Shown here piece by piece: positions 26,742 through 36,976 of a stretch of 43,330 bases of DNA. A program made the translations under genes and the position numbers. The stretch spans positions 1 to 43,330 of the forward strand of contig JACCXM010000368.1 in NCBI GenBank assembly GCA_013697005.1, written 5' to 3'. The notes beneath the pieces are model-generated. The model had not been told where the DNA came from. It saw only the letters and a program-made list of their open reading frames with translations, and did no database searches. The DNA comes from Chloroflexia bacterium (lineage in GTDB: Bacteria; Chloroflexota; Chloroflexia; Thermomicrobiales; UBA6265). Position 1 is the stretch's first letter; each line of letters begins with the position of its first letter.

Positions 26742-27109
26742 GATTTGTCCCTCGGTCGCATTGCTTTATCCTACGACGCATAGCCTCACCCCGCCTACTG
26801 CAACGTATGCCGTTGTGAAATGTCTTCCGCGGCCGATTTGTTGCGGGTGTCCGTGCGTGCTTGTGATGTGTCTACCTCTCCGGCGATACTCTCGAATCGG
26901 CCGAACCTGCGGTGTTCGTGTTGCCTTCGTCGTCTTGAGCCAATACAGAAAGCGTCGGGAGTCGCTCGCCCGCCTCCATAGAGGTTGGCGAAGGGATTCC
27001 CACTTGCGAGAGCAGGTTCAAGGTTCCGATGCACACGGCACAGGCGGGGGAGGCCGGACTCAGAGCGTCCCGCCGCCACTACGTGACGAATCCTCGAAGA
27101 GAATCTGAG

Positions 27110-28144
27110 ATGATCTACTTTGTCCACGGTCCAGATCGTTGGCTCGCCAGAGCGGCGGTGCTGGAAGTCGCCGCCCAAATCGATCCTACGTGCGTAAACA
27201 CGACATGGATCGAAGGCCGCGAAACCACGATCGAGAGCATCGTCCATGCCGTCGCCACGGTTTCATTTTTTGGTGAAACACGAGTCGTCATTGTTACTGA
27301 TTTCTTGCGAAACTCGCCTGACGATGCTATGGGCAGTGCGGAGTCTGATCCCCCGGACCGCAAGAATGGAAAACGAGATAGTCTGAAAACTCTTCTCACC
27401 GCTGTGCCCTCCGACCCATGCCTGATCCTGTTTGAGTCAAGTTTGATAGCCCCGCCCGCCGTAATCCGGACGTTTGTGCCACCAGTTACGATTCTGGGCG
27501 CTGAGCCGCCACGCGGAATGGCGCTCATTGCCTGGCTCGTGGCGGCAGCGGAGCGCGCTGGCTCTCAAATTGACCGTCGCTCGGCGCAATTGCTAGCGGA
27601 AACGCTCTACCCCCAGACATGGAACCGCAAACCGAACAATCCCCGATTCGATCGCCCTCCGGAAATGGCACTCCTTGCACAGGAGATTGAGAAGCTTGCT
27701 CTGGCCGCCCATCCCGATCCTATCAGCGCTTTACATGTTGAGCAGATGGTCGAACGGGGTCCAGACCACCGCGTGTTTCGCTTCCAGGACGCCGTGCTGG
27801 GCGGCAATCTCCATTCCGCGATCGCTGAGCTGGAGCGCCTCAACGAGGCCAGTGAAGAACCTGCCATGATTCTCAATCAACTGCTCGGTCAACTTGAGTT
27901 ATCCGCCGTCGTGTGTGCCGCCAATGGACAGGACGCCGCCGAGATCGCTGACGATCTGGGTGGCGTCTCACCGGCACGCGTTTCCGCTGCGATGGCCGCG
28001 CCGAAGCGCGGGAATCCGCAGGTAATCGCTACAGTGTTGAGCGCCGTTGGAATCGATCGAGACCTTAAGACAGGCCGTATCTCCCGACCCGCGGAGGCAT
28101 TGGACGCCCTGGTTCTGACGCTGACTGTGGGATCGGACAAATGA
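27110..28144 (+). CDS. holA: DNA polymerase III delta subunit
   Basis: MIYFVHGPD start, FFGETRVVIV, and a C-terminal helical region with FRFQDAVLGGNLHSAIAELERL, as in HolA proteins. The family is divergent, so the call is moderate. Confidence 0.72.
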   Translation: MIYFVHGPDRWLARAAVLEVAAQIDPTCVNTTWIEGRETTIESIVHAVATVSFFGETRVVIVTDFLRNSPDDAMGSAESDPPDRKNGKRDSLKTLLTAVPSDPCLILFESSLIAPPAVIRTFVPPVTILGAEPPRGMALIAWLVAAAERAGSQIDRRSAQLLAETLYPQTWNRKPNNPRFDRPPEMALLAQEIEKLALAAHPDPISALHVEQMVERGPDHRVFRFQDAVLGGNLHSAIAELERLNEASEEPAMILNQLLGQLELSAVVCAANGQDAAEIADDLGGVSPARVSAAMAAPKRGNPQVIATVLSAVGIDRDLKTGRISRPAEALDALVLTLTVGSDK

Positions 28145-28145
28145 C

Positions 28146-28176
28146 CCTCCGGCGGCTCGTCAATAGCCGCCGGAGG
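28146..28176. terminator. Perfect 12-bp hairpin between convergent holA and rpsT (candidate bidirectional terminator)
   Basis: CCTCCGGCGGCT (28146-28157), 7-nt loop, AGCCGCCGGAGG (28165-28176), followed by TTTA on the plus strand. It lies exactly between the two stop codons. Confidence 0.55.
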
Positions 28177-28205
28177 TTTACGAGGTCGGCGAATGTGACG
28201 GCTGA

Positions 28206-28481
28206 CTATGCTGCCGCCGCGACCAATGCGTGGTATTTCGCGATCAAACGGGACTTCCGGCGAGCGGCATTGTTCTTGTGGATCACACCCTTATCAGCCA
28301 CGCGGTCGAGAACGCTCACCGCTTGCAACATTGCCGTCTCCGCAACGCTCGTGTCGCCGGAGGCAATCGCCGCTTCGGCTTTCTTCACAAACGTTCGGGC
28401 TTCAGTGCGCAGTGGCTTGTTACTGTCTCGCCGGCGCTCGGCAACGCGAATACGCTTCTTGGACGATTTGGAGTTGGCCAA
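28206..28481 (-). CDS. rpsT: 30S ribosomal protein S20
   Basis: With the TTG start (complement of 28479-28481) the protein begins (M)ANSKSSKKRIRVAERRR, the S20 signature. GGAGGT Shine-Dalgarno 9 nt upstream. Confidence 0.88.
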   Translation of the reverse strand: MANSKSSKKRIRVAERRRDSNKPLRTEARTFVKKAEAAIASGDTSVAETAMLQAVSVLDRVADKGVIHKNNAARRKSRLIAKYHALVAAAA

Positions 28482-28573
28482 GTTCGATAGACCTCCGCAA
28501 TTCAGCACGTTTAAACTACCAGTAACTCTGCTTCCGGCACGGAATAGTACCAAATTGGGCTATTTTTCTCAAG

Positions 28574-30292
28574 ATGCGATCGACAGACTCGCCCGGCGCT
28601 GAACCTGTCCCCGACGCGCCCCATGCTCCTGATAACTCAGGAACCTGGGCAAGTTGGCCTCGAGCAGGTGCGCCCTTCAGCGCGCGCGAATGGGGTAAGC
28701 AACGCAATCGGACCTCTCTTGCCAAGTCAGCGGGCATCATTGGCAGCGCCTTTGTGGTGAGCCGACTCCTCGGACTCCTGCGAGAAGTCGTCCTTGCTCG
28801 ACAGTTCGGGACCTCGGAGGAGCTCGGCGCCTACGTTTCCGCGTTCCGCGTACCCGACCTCCTCTTTCTCGTCATCATGGCCGGCGCGTTTGGCTCGGCC
28901 TTCATTCCGGTTTTTTCAAGCCTTCTTAGCGCGGGAGAACCCGCCTCAGCCTGGAAATTAGCGTCGGTCGTCCTCAATATCTCCGGTATCGCGGCAATTG
29001 TGATGTCAGTCCTAACGTGGATCGCCGCTCCTCAATTCGTGCAATTCCTCGTTGCGCCCGATGCGAGTCCAGGGATCCAGCGCCTGATTGTGGAAACGAT
29101 GCGGATTCTTCTGCTCTCCCCGGTATTTCTGGGTTTTGGGATTGCGGCGAAAGGAATCTTGGAAGGACAAGACCTCTTCACCCTGCCAGCGTTGGCGCCA
29201 ATCGTCTACAACGCGGCAACGATCCTCGGTGCGTTCCTGCTTGCCCCTCAGTTTGGCGTACAAGGCGTGGCCATCGGCGTCGTCGTTGGCGCTGTCGGAT
29301 TCCTACTCCTGCAAATTCCGGGCGTGATTCGCTCGGGGATGCGCTACACCTTGTCCTTCGATCCCCGCACCCACGGTGTCGGAGAAGTCGGCAGACTGCT
29401 TGGGCCGCGACTGATAGGTCAGGCGGCGTTTCAAATCAATTTCATCGCGGTGACGAATCTCGCGTGGCGCACCGGGGACCAGAGTGTTTCCGCACTCAAC
29501 TACGCTTGGCAGCTCCTGATGTTACCCCATGGCGTGCTCGCGCTTTCCATCTCGACGGTCATTCTTCCGACTCTCTCTCGACTCTGGCAGAATGGTGAGA
29601 CTGAGGCGTTTCGTGCGACGCTCGCGGCCGCGTTGCGACCTCTCGTCTTCCTCTCACTGCCCGCCGCGGTTGTCTTGTTCACCTTCCGCGTCCCTATTGT
29701 CCAAATGCTGTTCCAGACCGGCGCTTTCTCGGCAGAATCGACGCTACTGGTTGCGGCACCCCTCACCTTTCTTGCCGCGGGTCTGGTTAGTTATGCTCTT
29801 GTCGAAGCGCTCACGAGAGCGTTCTACGCGATGCACGATACGCGCACACCGGTGATTGCCGGAATCGCTATTATCACGATCAATATTGGACTTGGCGTCT
29901 CGCTTATCGATTACATGGGGTACCTCGGACTAGCGTTCGCATTGAGCGCGAGCACGACGCTGGAGGCGATCATATTGGCCGCGGTGTTGCAACAGCGGAT
30001 TGGGGCCGTAGCTGACGCCGTCCGTCGCTGGTCATGGCGGATCGTCGCAGCGACCGCGGCAGCGGCTGCCGTCGCAGTGACGCTCGCGGCGCCAATTATC
30101 GAAATCACAACACCCGGCAATGCTCCCAAGTCCATGCAAGTGCTTGTGTTCGCCGCGGCCCTGCTCGTCGTTGGCCTGGTCTACCTGACTAGCGCCTGGA
30201 TGCTGGGGATCGGCGAAGGGTTGATCATAATCGCGCAACTCTCTCGGAGAGTTCCGCCGCTCCGCAGGTTGCTCGCGAAAATAAACCATTAG
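28574..30292 (+). CDS. murJ: Lipid II flippase MurJ (MviN)
   Basis: SAFVVSRLLGLLREVVLARQFGTSEELGAYVSAFRVPDLLF and about 14 TM segments. The exact start is uncertain. Confidence 0.85.
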   Translation: MRSTDSPGAEPVPDAPHAPDNSGTWASWPRAGAPFSAREWGKQRNRTSLAKSAGIIGSAFVVSRLLGLLREVVLARQFGTSEELGAYVSAFRVPDLLFLVIMAGAFGSAFIPVFSSLLSAGEPASAWKLASVVLNISGIAAIVMSVLTWIAAPQFVQFLVAPDASPGIQRLIVETMRILLLSPVFLGFGIAAKGILEGQDLFTLPALAPIVYNAATILGAFLLAPQFGVQGVAIGVVVGAVGFLLLQIPGVIRSGMRYTLSFDPRTHGVGEVGRLLGPRLIGQAAFQINFIAVTNLAWRTGDQSVSALNYAWQLLMLPHGVLALSISTVILPTLSRLWQNGETEAFRATLAAALRPLVFLSLPAAVVLFTFRVPIVQMLFQTGAFSAESTLLVAAPLTFLAAGLVSYALVEALTRAFYAMHDTRTPVIAGIAIITINIGLGVSLIDYMGYLGLAFALSASTTLEAIILAAVLQQRIGAVADAVRRWSWRIVAATAAAAAVAVTLAAPIIEITTPGNAPKSMQVLVFAAALLVVGLVYLTSAWMLGIGEGLIIIAQLSRRVPPLRRLLAKINH

Positions 30293-30393
30293 TTGAGGAT
30301 GGAGCACAGCATGAATTGCTCGCAATTGCGGGAAAATCGTTGCCGTCGGCTATACTCTGCCGTCGGCATTGGACGCGCAATTGAAACGGGCGC

Positions 30394-32232
30394 ATGAGCG
30401 ACGACATTTCATCAAATACAGCGGCAATTCGGAATTTCTCGATCATCGCGCATATCGATCACGGCAAATCGACGCTCGCAGATCGGCTCTTGGAACAGAC
30501 AGAAACCGTTACGTTGCGCGAGATGAAGGCCCAGGTTCTCGACTCGATGGATCTCGAGCGGGAAAAGGGGATCACCATCAAAGCGCGCGCCGTAAGAATG
30601 GTCTACACCGCGCGGGACGGTGAAACGTACCAACTCAATCTTATCGATACTCCTGGTCATGTCGATTTTTCGTATGAGGTGAGTCGGAGTCTGGCGGCGT
30701 GCGAAGGTGCGCTCCTGGTCGTCGACGCGGCGCAAGGCATCGAAGCACAGACAATGGCCAACGTCTACTTGGCACTTGAACAGGACTTGGCCATCGTCGC
30801 GGTGATCAACAAGATCGACCTCCCCAACGCTGACCCGCGAAAGGTCTCGGCGGAAGTCGCGCAGCTCATTGGCCTGCTCGATGACGAGATCGTTCACGCC
30901 TCAGCCAAGACCGGTCACGGTGTTGCAAAGATCCTGGAAGCTGTCGTGCGACACATTCCGCCCCCTCAAGGCAATCCATATGCACCAACCCGCGCGCTCA
31001 TTTTCGATTCCCATTACGACCCGTACAAAGGCGTCATAGCCTACGTCAAGGTCGTCGACGGGCGAATCGCATCCGGGGATCGGATCAAATTGATGGCCGA
31101 AGGCAAGGAAACCGAGACCTTGGAGGTCGGCTTTTTTGATCCCGAGTTGCACCCCGACAGCGCGCTCGAGACGGGGCAAGTTGGCTACATCGCCACCGGA
31201 CTCAAAGTTGTCCAGGATGTGCAGGTTGGCGACACCGTCACTCGTGCTGCCGAACCCGCGGTTTCGCCGCTGGCTGGCTACCGTCCGGCAAAGCCGATGG
31301 TTTTCGCCGGTTTCTTTCCCGTCGAAAGCGACGAGTACCCGATGCTCCGGGACGCCCTTGAGCGTCTACGTCTCAATGATGGCGGGTTGACCTGGGAGCC
31401 TGAGTCGTCCGACGCGTTGGGATTCGGGTTTCGGTGTGGATTTCTCGGATTGTTGCATATGGAGATCATTCAGGAGCGGCTCGAACGAGAGTACGACATC
31501 CAGCTCCTGGCGACAGCCCCTAGCGTCGAGTACGAGGTACTCCTGCGCGGCGGCTCCGAGTTGCGCATTGATAACCCTTCAGAGATGCCGTCGCCAGGAG
31601 ATAGTGAAGAGATCCGCGAGCCATGGCTGGACGTCGCGGTCATCGTGCCATCCCGCTACATAGGCGCGGTCATGGAGCTGGTCACTGGCCGACGTGGTGA
31701 GTACCGAGAACTGATCTACCTCGACCCGGAACGGGTACAGATGAAGTTTGATATGCCGTTGGCGGAATTGATCGTCGATTTCTACGATCAACTCAAGAGC
31801 CGCACCCAAGGCTACGCTTCGCTTGACTACACGTTCAAGGACATGCGTGCTTCCGATCTCGTCAAGCTCGATGTCCTGGTCAACGGTCAGCCGGTCGATG
31901 CCCTATCGTTGATCACCCACCGCGATGACGCCTACTCACGCGGGCGCGAGCTCGTGCAAAACTTGCGCGGGTTGATTCCCCGCCAGATGTTTGATGTTCC
32001 GGTCCAGGCGTCAATTGGCAGCCGCATTATTGCCCGTGAAACGATCCGCGCTATGCGGAAGAACGTGCTGTCGAAATGTTATGGGGGAGACGTCACGCGC
32101 AAGCGTAAACTTCTGGAGAAGCAGAAGGAAGGCAAGGCGCGTATGAAACTCGTGGGGAATGTCGAGATTCCACAAGAAGCGTTTCTCGCGGTGCTCAGCT
32201 TGGGTGGAGACAAGGCGGCCACGAAGCCATGA
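30394..32232 (+). CDS. lepA: Translation elongation factor 4 (LepA)
   Basis: [35 protein letters not shown], and the LepA C-terminal motif [25 protein letters not shown]. Confidence 0.95.
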   Translation: MSDDISSNTAAIRNFSIIAHIDHGKSTLADRLLEQTETVTLREMKAQVLDSMDLEREKGITIKARAVRMVYTARDGETYQLNLIDTPGHVDFSYEVSRSLAACEGALLVVDAAQGIEAQTMANVYLALEQDLAIVAVINKIDLPNADPRKVSAEVAQLIGLLDDEIVHASAKTGHGVAKILEAVVRHIPPPQGNPYAPTRALIFDSHYDPYKGVIAYVKVVDGRIASGDRIKLMAEGKETETLEVGFFDPELHPDSALETGQVGYIATGLKVVQDVQVGDTVTRAAEPAVSPLAGYRPAKPMVFAGFFPVESDEYPMLRDALERLRLNDGGLTWEPESSDALGFGFRCGFLGLLHMEIIQERLEREYDIQLLATAPSVEYEVLLRGGSELRIDNPSEMPSPGDSEEIREPWLDVAVIVPSRYIGAVMELVTGRRGEYRELIYLDPERVQMKFDMPLAELIVDFYDQLKSRTQGYASLDYTFKDMRASDLVKLDVLVNGQPVDALSLITHRDDAYSRGRELVQNLRGLIPRQMFDVPVQASIGSRIIARETIRAMRKNVLSKCYGGDVTRKRKLLEKQKEGKARMKLVGNVEIPQEAFLAVLSLGGDKAATKP

Positions 32233-33620
32233 CTGGCGAGCACTCTCAAATCACGATCGTCGGGCTCGGTCCCGGCGACCCCGAGTCCCGAACGATCGGC
32301 GTGCAGCGAGCGCTCGATATCGCTCGACGAATCATTCTGCGCACGCGCATTCATCCGGGCATTGACGACCTTGAGAGTGATCCAAGAGTCAGCGACTGTG
32401 ATGATCTCTATGAGATTGCCAGCGGATTCGATGAACTCTACCCGGCAATCGCGGATCGCGTACTGGATGCAGCACGACGGTACGGTCACGTTGTATTCGC
32501 GGTGCCGGGCCACCCGCGATTTGGTGAGCGGGTTATCCCTTTCATCGAAGTTCGTGGCCGACTTCTTGAAATCACCGTCACCGTACTTGACGCCGTAAGT
32601 TTTGTTGACGCATCGGTTGCTGCGCTGAAAGTCGATCCCGTGATCGAAGGGCTTCAGGTCGCCGACGCCGAGTACCTCGCGGCAACACTCGATCAGAACC
32701 CATTTGCCGCCGGTCTTCGTGGCATCGATCCGGCGCGGCCCCTCCTGGTGGCGCAGGTCTACAACGAAACCTTGAGCGCGGCGGTAAAAATTGCACTGTC
32801 TCGCATCTATCCGGAGGACCACGCCGTCACACTCGTGCATGCGGCTGGATTCTCACACGAGGAAATTGCACCATGCGTTCCGTTGCATCTTCTCGATCGT
32901 CAGACGATCGATCATCTGACGAGCCTGTGGGTTCCTCCCCTCCCCGTGCTCGACGCGGTGCGTGTGGCGGAGACTCTTGTCGGGGTGGTCGCTCGGTTGC
33001 GATCACCGGCTGGATGTCCCTGGGACCGCGCACAAACGCATGCTTCACTGCGGAACGCGGTACTGGAAGAAGCGTACGAGGTCGTCGACGCGATCGACCT
33101 TAACGATGATGACGGACTTGCTGAAGAACTTGGGGATCTCTTGTTGCTCATCACCATGCACGCGCAACTTGCCGAGGAAGAAGACCTCTTCCGCATTGAA
33201 GACATCTATGAGGGAATTACGCGCAAGCTCATTCGGCGCCACCCCCACGTGTTTGGCGATGTTGTCGCGGCTACTCCGAGCGCCGTCATTGCAACGTGGG
33301 AAGGCGTCAAAGAAAACGAGCGGAAAGCACGAGGGAATAGCGAAAGTGACGTGAATCCAGTCGATCGCCTGCCGCGACCGATGCCGGCGACACGAAAGGC
33401 CATCGAGGTTCTTGCGCCACGTGCCGTGCTGCGGGCACCTGACGATACCGCCGCTGGAGACAAAGTACTTGCGGCGGTTCGTGCCCTGATCGATGAGGGC
33501 ATCGACCCGGAGCGAGCATTGGAATCTTCTCTCCGCGAATTTGTTGCTGCCCGTTCGAATGGACGCACGCCACGCAAGGAACGATCCCCATTTGCAATGG
33601 TTGAGAAAGGATCCGCGTGA
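32229..33620 (+). CDS. YabN-like fusion protein: tetrapyrrole-methylase-like N-terminal domain plus MazG nucleoside triphosphate pyrophosphohydrolase domain
   Basis: N-terminus [15 protein letters not shown] (methylase-fold signature). C-terminal half [27 protein letters not shown]...EELGDLLL...RRHPHVFG (MazG). ATGA overlap with lepA. Confidence 0.8.
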   Translation: MTGEHSQITIVGLGPGDPESRTIGVQRALDIARRIILRTRIHPGIDDLESDPRVSDCDDLYEIASGFDELYPAIADRVLDAARRYGHVVFAVPGHPRFGERVIPFIEVRGRLLEITVTVLDAVSFVDASVAALKVDPVIEGLQVADAEYLAATLDQNPFAAGLRGIDPARPLLVAQVYNETLSAAVKIALSRIYPEDHAVTLVHAAGFSHEEIAPCVPLHLLDRQTIDHLTSLWVPPLPVLDAVRVAETLVGVVARLRSPAGCPWDRAQTHASLRNAVLEEAYEVVDAIDLNDDDGLAEELGDLLLLITMHAQLAEEEDLFRIEDIYEGITRKLIRRHPHVFGDVVAATPSAVIATWEGVKENERKARGNSESDVNPVDRLPRPMPATRKAIEVLAPRAVLRAPDDTAAGDKVLAAVRALIDEGIDPERALESSLREFVAARSNGRTPRKERSPFAMVEKGSA

Positions 33621-35443
33621 CCATTCCGCACGATGTCGATCCGTCCGCCACTGGCCGGATGACGTGTGGCACCCTGCGTCACGAGAACATCGGTGAGGAA
33701 GTCGTGTTGCGCGGCTGGGTCAACCGGCGCCGCGATCTGGGCGGCGTCATTTTCATCGATCTCCGGGACAGGTACGGGCTCACCCAGATCGTGTTCAATC
33801 CGGAGATTGCCCCCGCGGTTCATGAAGCGGCGAGCGGAGTTCGCGCGGAATACGTTCTCGCAGTCCGAGGCATCGTGCGAGAACGGCCGGAAGGTACTCG
33901 CAACCCCAAACTTGCGACCGGCGACATCGAAGTCGAAGCGCATGGGCTCCAAGTCCTGAACGAGGCGCAAACTCCTCCATTTGAAATCACGCAGACCGCG
34001 GACATCGATGAATCCGTGAGACTTCGCCACCGTTATCTCGATCTCCGCCGTAAGCGACTGCAAGAAAACATGGTGCTCCGCCACGCGATCGTGCGCGCCA
34101 TGCGGGAACATCTGTCTGACCGGGGTTTTATCGAGGTGGAGACCCCGACGCTGATCAAAAGCACTCCGGAAGGAGCTCGCGATTTTCTAGTCCCCAGCAG
34201 CAGCTTTGCCGGCAACTTTTACGCGCTGCCCCAATCTCCACAGCAGATGAAACAGCTTCTCATGGTCGCGGGCTTAGATCGCTATTTCCAGATTGCTCGT
34301 TGTTTTCGCGACGAGCCCCAGCGTGCCGACCGGCAACCAGAGTTCACGCAGCTCGATATTGAAATGAGCTTTGTCCAGGAATCCGATCTCATGCGGCTCA
34401 TGGAGGACCTGTACCTCGAGTTGACTGAGCGGTATTCCAACAAGCGAATCATGACAACGCCGTTTCCACGACTCACGTATCGGGAGGCGATGGACCGCTT
34501 CGGCAACGATCGCCCGGATCTTCGATTCGGATTGGAACTGAAGGATGTGTCCGACGCGTTCCTTCAGACGCAATTCCAGGCTTTTGCCCAGACTTTGGCG
34601 ACCGGCGGTCAAGTAAAGGCGATCGTTGTCCCTGGATGCGCCGGCTTTTCGCGTCGCGAAATCGACGAGTTGACCGAAGTGACGAAACGCGCGGGTGCCC
34701 GCGGCCTGGCAACGTTTGCGGTCGAAGCTTCGCAGACACGTTCGCCGATTGCCAAGTTTCTCAGTGAGGACGAGATCGCGGCCATGACTTCCGGAATTAG
34801 CGCTCAACCAGGCGATATGGTGATGGCCGTTGCCGACGAACCTGCCGTCGTCGCCAGGGCACTCTCCGCGCTCCGCGACAATCTCGGTCAGCGGCTAAAT
34901 CTCGCCGATCCAGACGTCCTCGCCTACTGCTGGGTTTACGAGTTTCCACTACTGGAATGGAAGAATGAGGAGAGTCGTTGGGACGCAACGCACAACCCGT
35001 TTTCGGGTTTTCTTGAAGAAGACGCGCATTTTCTCGAATCGGACCCTGGGAGAGTCCGCGCCAAACAATACGATTTGGTTGGCAATGGCCATGAATTGGG
35101 CGGAGGTAGCATCAGAAACCATCGCCGCGTCGACCAGCAACGAGTGTTCACGCTGATGGGCTATACAGCGGAGGATACCAACGTCAGGTTTGGCGCATTG
35201 CTCGAAGCATTGGATTATGGGGCGCCGCCGCATGGCGGGATTGCGATGGGTATCGATCGCTACGTGATGGTGATGGCAAACGAAGACACTATTCGCGAAG
35301 TCATCGCCTTTCCAAAGAACCAGCGGGGTCTCGATCTCATGTTTGAGGCGCCAGATTCGGTCGGACTCGATCAGCTCGGCGATCTCGGCATATCTATCGA
35401 ACCCGAGCTGCGTGTCCAGCTCTGGAATACCGAGCGTCAGTAA
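33617..35443 (+). CDS. aspS: Aspartate--tRNA ligase
   Basis: LRGWVNRRRDLGGVIFIDLRDRYG (OB-fold), class II motifs FYALPQSPQ, FRDE and GGGSIR, and the bacterial insertion domain. GTGA overlap with the upstream gene. Confidence 0.93.
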   Translation: MTIPHDVDPSATGRMTCGTLRHENIGEEVVLRGWVNRRRDLGGVIFIDLRDRYGLTQIVFNPEIAPAVHEAASGVRAEYVLAVRGIVRERPEGTRNPKLATGDIEVEAHGLQVLNEAQTPPFEITQTADIDESVRLRHRYLDLRRKRLQENMVLRHAIVRAMREHLSDRGFIEVETPTLIKSTPEGARDFLVPSSSFAGNFYALPQSPQQMKQLLMVAGLDRYFQIARCFRDEPQRADRQPEFTQLDIEMSFVQESDLMRLMEDLYLELTERYSNKRIMTTPFPRLTYREAMDRFGNDRPDLRFGLELKDVSDAFLQTQFQAFAQTLATGGQVKAIVVPGCAGFSRREIDELTEVTKRAGARGLATFAVEASQTRSPIAKFLSEDEIAAMTSGISAQPGDMVMAVADEPAVVARALSALRDNLGQRLNLADPDVLAYCWVYEFPLLEWKNEESRWDATHNPFSGFLEEDAHFLESDPGRVRAKQYDLVGNGHELGGGSIRNHRRVDQQRVFTLMGYTAEDTNVRFGALLEALDYGAPPHGGIAMGIDRYVMVMANEDTIREVIAFPKNQRGLDLMFEAPDSVGLDQLGDLGISIEPELRVQLWNTERQ

Positions 35444-35461
35444 TCCAGGCCGCACGGGGAT

Positions 35462-36976
35462 TCAGAAATTGATTTCAGGGTAACCGGTATCCAGCAATAT
35501 ATCGCGAGCCACGCCCGTCTCGTCCCACGGGAACTTCTCGCGACCCCAGATAATGCTCGCTTCATGACCCTTCCCAGCGAGCAGGACACAGTCGCCAGGG
35601 CTGGCCAGCTCCATCGCGAGCTGGATCGCATCGCGGCGATCTGTTCGCCTGTGCAACGTTTCACCGGGCACGGCGCCCGCCGCGATCGCCCCATCCGCGA
35701 TCTGCGCAATGATGGCGTCCGCGTCTTCAAAACGCGGGTCCTCACTGGTGATGACACAAATGTCGCCAAGGCGTGCGGCAATCGCTCCTTGAATTGGCCG
35801 CTTCTCAATGTCTCTCTCCCCAGCACTGCCAAACACGGTAATCAGCCGACCCTCAGGATGGAGCAAGCGGAGAAGGCGCATGATTTTTTCCATTGCCTGT
35901 GGCGTATGGGCATAGTCAATGATCACGCTGAATGGTTGTCCCACGTCAACCCTGGCGGTTCGTCCGGGAATCGCCGGCGCATCGGATAGCGCCAAGGCAA
36001 TCTCATGCAGCGGAACGCCAACCGCGATCGCTACAGCGCTAGCGCACAAGGCGTTCGCGACGTTGAAGTCACCGAGTAGCGGTAATTGCACGTCTTCGCG
36101 GCCAGTGCCGCTCAGGTCGATCGCGAACAAGCTGCCGGTTGCGTCGAATCGCACATCGTCGGCACGCAAATCGGCCGCGGCGCCGGTTGCGCTGTATGTA
36201 AGCACTGACGCGGCCCCAGCATACCGCGCGATGTCGCGCGCGCCTGCATCATCAGCATTGACAACCGCGATTCCCTGCTCTTCCGCCACTCGCTCCAGGA
36301 GTTTTCCCTTTGCTCGGCGATATCGCTCTACGGAGCCATGAAAATCGAGGTGCTCTTGCGTCACATTGGTCACCGCGCCGACGCGAAACCGTACGCAGTC
36401 GAGACGATGCAAGGCGAGCCCATGGGATGTCGCTTCGAGAATGGCCCATGCTGCATGCGCATCGGCCATCTCTCGCATCAGTCGCTGGATATCACTTGAT
36501 TCAGGAGTTGTTTGCCGAGAGGGATGAAGTATTTCCTGGTCACCAATGCGGATCGCCACCGTCCCGATCATCCCTGTGAGCAAACCAGAACTCTTCAGGA
36601 TGTGATCGATCAAGTAGGAAGTAGTCGTCTTGCCGTCAGTACCGGTAATGCCGATGACCCCCAGTTCGCGCGAGGGATGAGCGAAGAACGCGGCGGAAAC
36701 GGCGGGAAGTGCGGCACGAGTATCGCTGACCAGGATTTGGGGGAAATCTAACGGCAATGCATCCTCGACGAGGAATCCCGCGGCGCCCCGAGCTTGCGCA
36801 TCACGGATGAATGCATGCCCATCGAAATCTGCCCCGCGCAAGGCGGCAAACAGGTCGCCAGTGCGAGTTGCGCGCGAATCGTAGGTTATCCCGGAAACGA
36901 ATGCGTCACCGTCTCCGAGCAGGCGGGACTGAGGTGTGGCGGCCGCCAATGCTCGCATGCGCGTGGAACGCAGCAT
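35462..36976 (-). CDS. murE: UDP-N-acetylmuramoyl-L-alanyl-D-glutamate--diamino acid ligase (MurE)
   Basis: ITYDSRATRTGDLFAAL, GITGTDGKTTTS P-loop, DYAHTP, and the Mur ligase C-terminal domain. The amino-acid specificity cannot be read by eye. Confidence 0.9.
   Translation of the reverse strand: MLRSTRMRALAAATPQSRLLGDGDAFVSGITYDSRATRTGDLFAALRGADFDGHAFIRDAQARGAAGFLVEDALPLDFPQILVSDTRAALPAVSAAFFAHPSRELGVIGITGTDGKTTTSYLIDHILKSSGLLTGMIGTVAIRIGDQEILHPSRQTTPESSDIQRLMREMADAHAAWAILEATSHGLALHRLDCVRFRVGAVTNVTQEHLDFHGSVERYRRAKGKLLERVAEEQGIAVVNADDAGARDIARYAGAASVLTYSATGAAADLRADDVRFDATGSLFAIDLSGTGREDVQLPLLGDFNVANALCASAVAIAVGVPLHEIALALSDAPAIPGRTARVDVGQPFSVIIDYAHTPQAMEKIMRLLRLLHPEGRLITVFGSAGERDIEKRPIQGAIAARLGDICVITSEDPRFEDADAIIAQIADGAIAAGAVPGETLHRRTDRRDAIQLAMELASPGDCVLLAGKGHEASIIWGREKFPWDETGVARDILLDTGYPEINF

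Noticed and set aside
26602-27247. ORFs of 168 aa (plus) and 150 aa (minus) in the fabF-holA gap
   Set aside because: Each overlaps the real end or start of fabF or holA. Both are Arg-rich with no recognisable motif or Shine-Dalgarno. I treat them as spurious, but the gap itself is flagged as a finding.
28141-28602. A 153-aa plus-strand ORF across the rpsT locus
   Set aside because: It is antisense to ribosomal protein S20, whose signature (ANSKSSKKRIRVAERRR) is clear on the minus strand.
30293-30393. A lepA promoter around TATACT (about 30352-30357), flanked by a direct repeat of gccgtcggc
   Set aside because: The best -35-like hexamer (TTGCGG) sits at a 19-nt spacing, which is poor. The evidence is too weak to list it as a feature.
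32079-34111. Large minus-strand ORFs (253 aa at 32079-32840 and 301 aa at 33206-34111)
   Set aside because: They are antisense to lepA, the yabN-like gene and aspS, all of which have strong family motifs. This is typical long-shadow ORF behaviour in GC-rich DNA.
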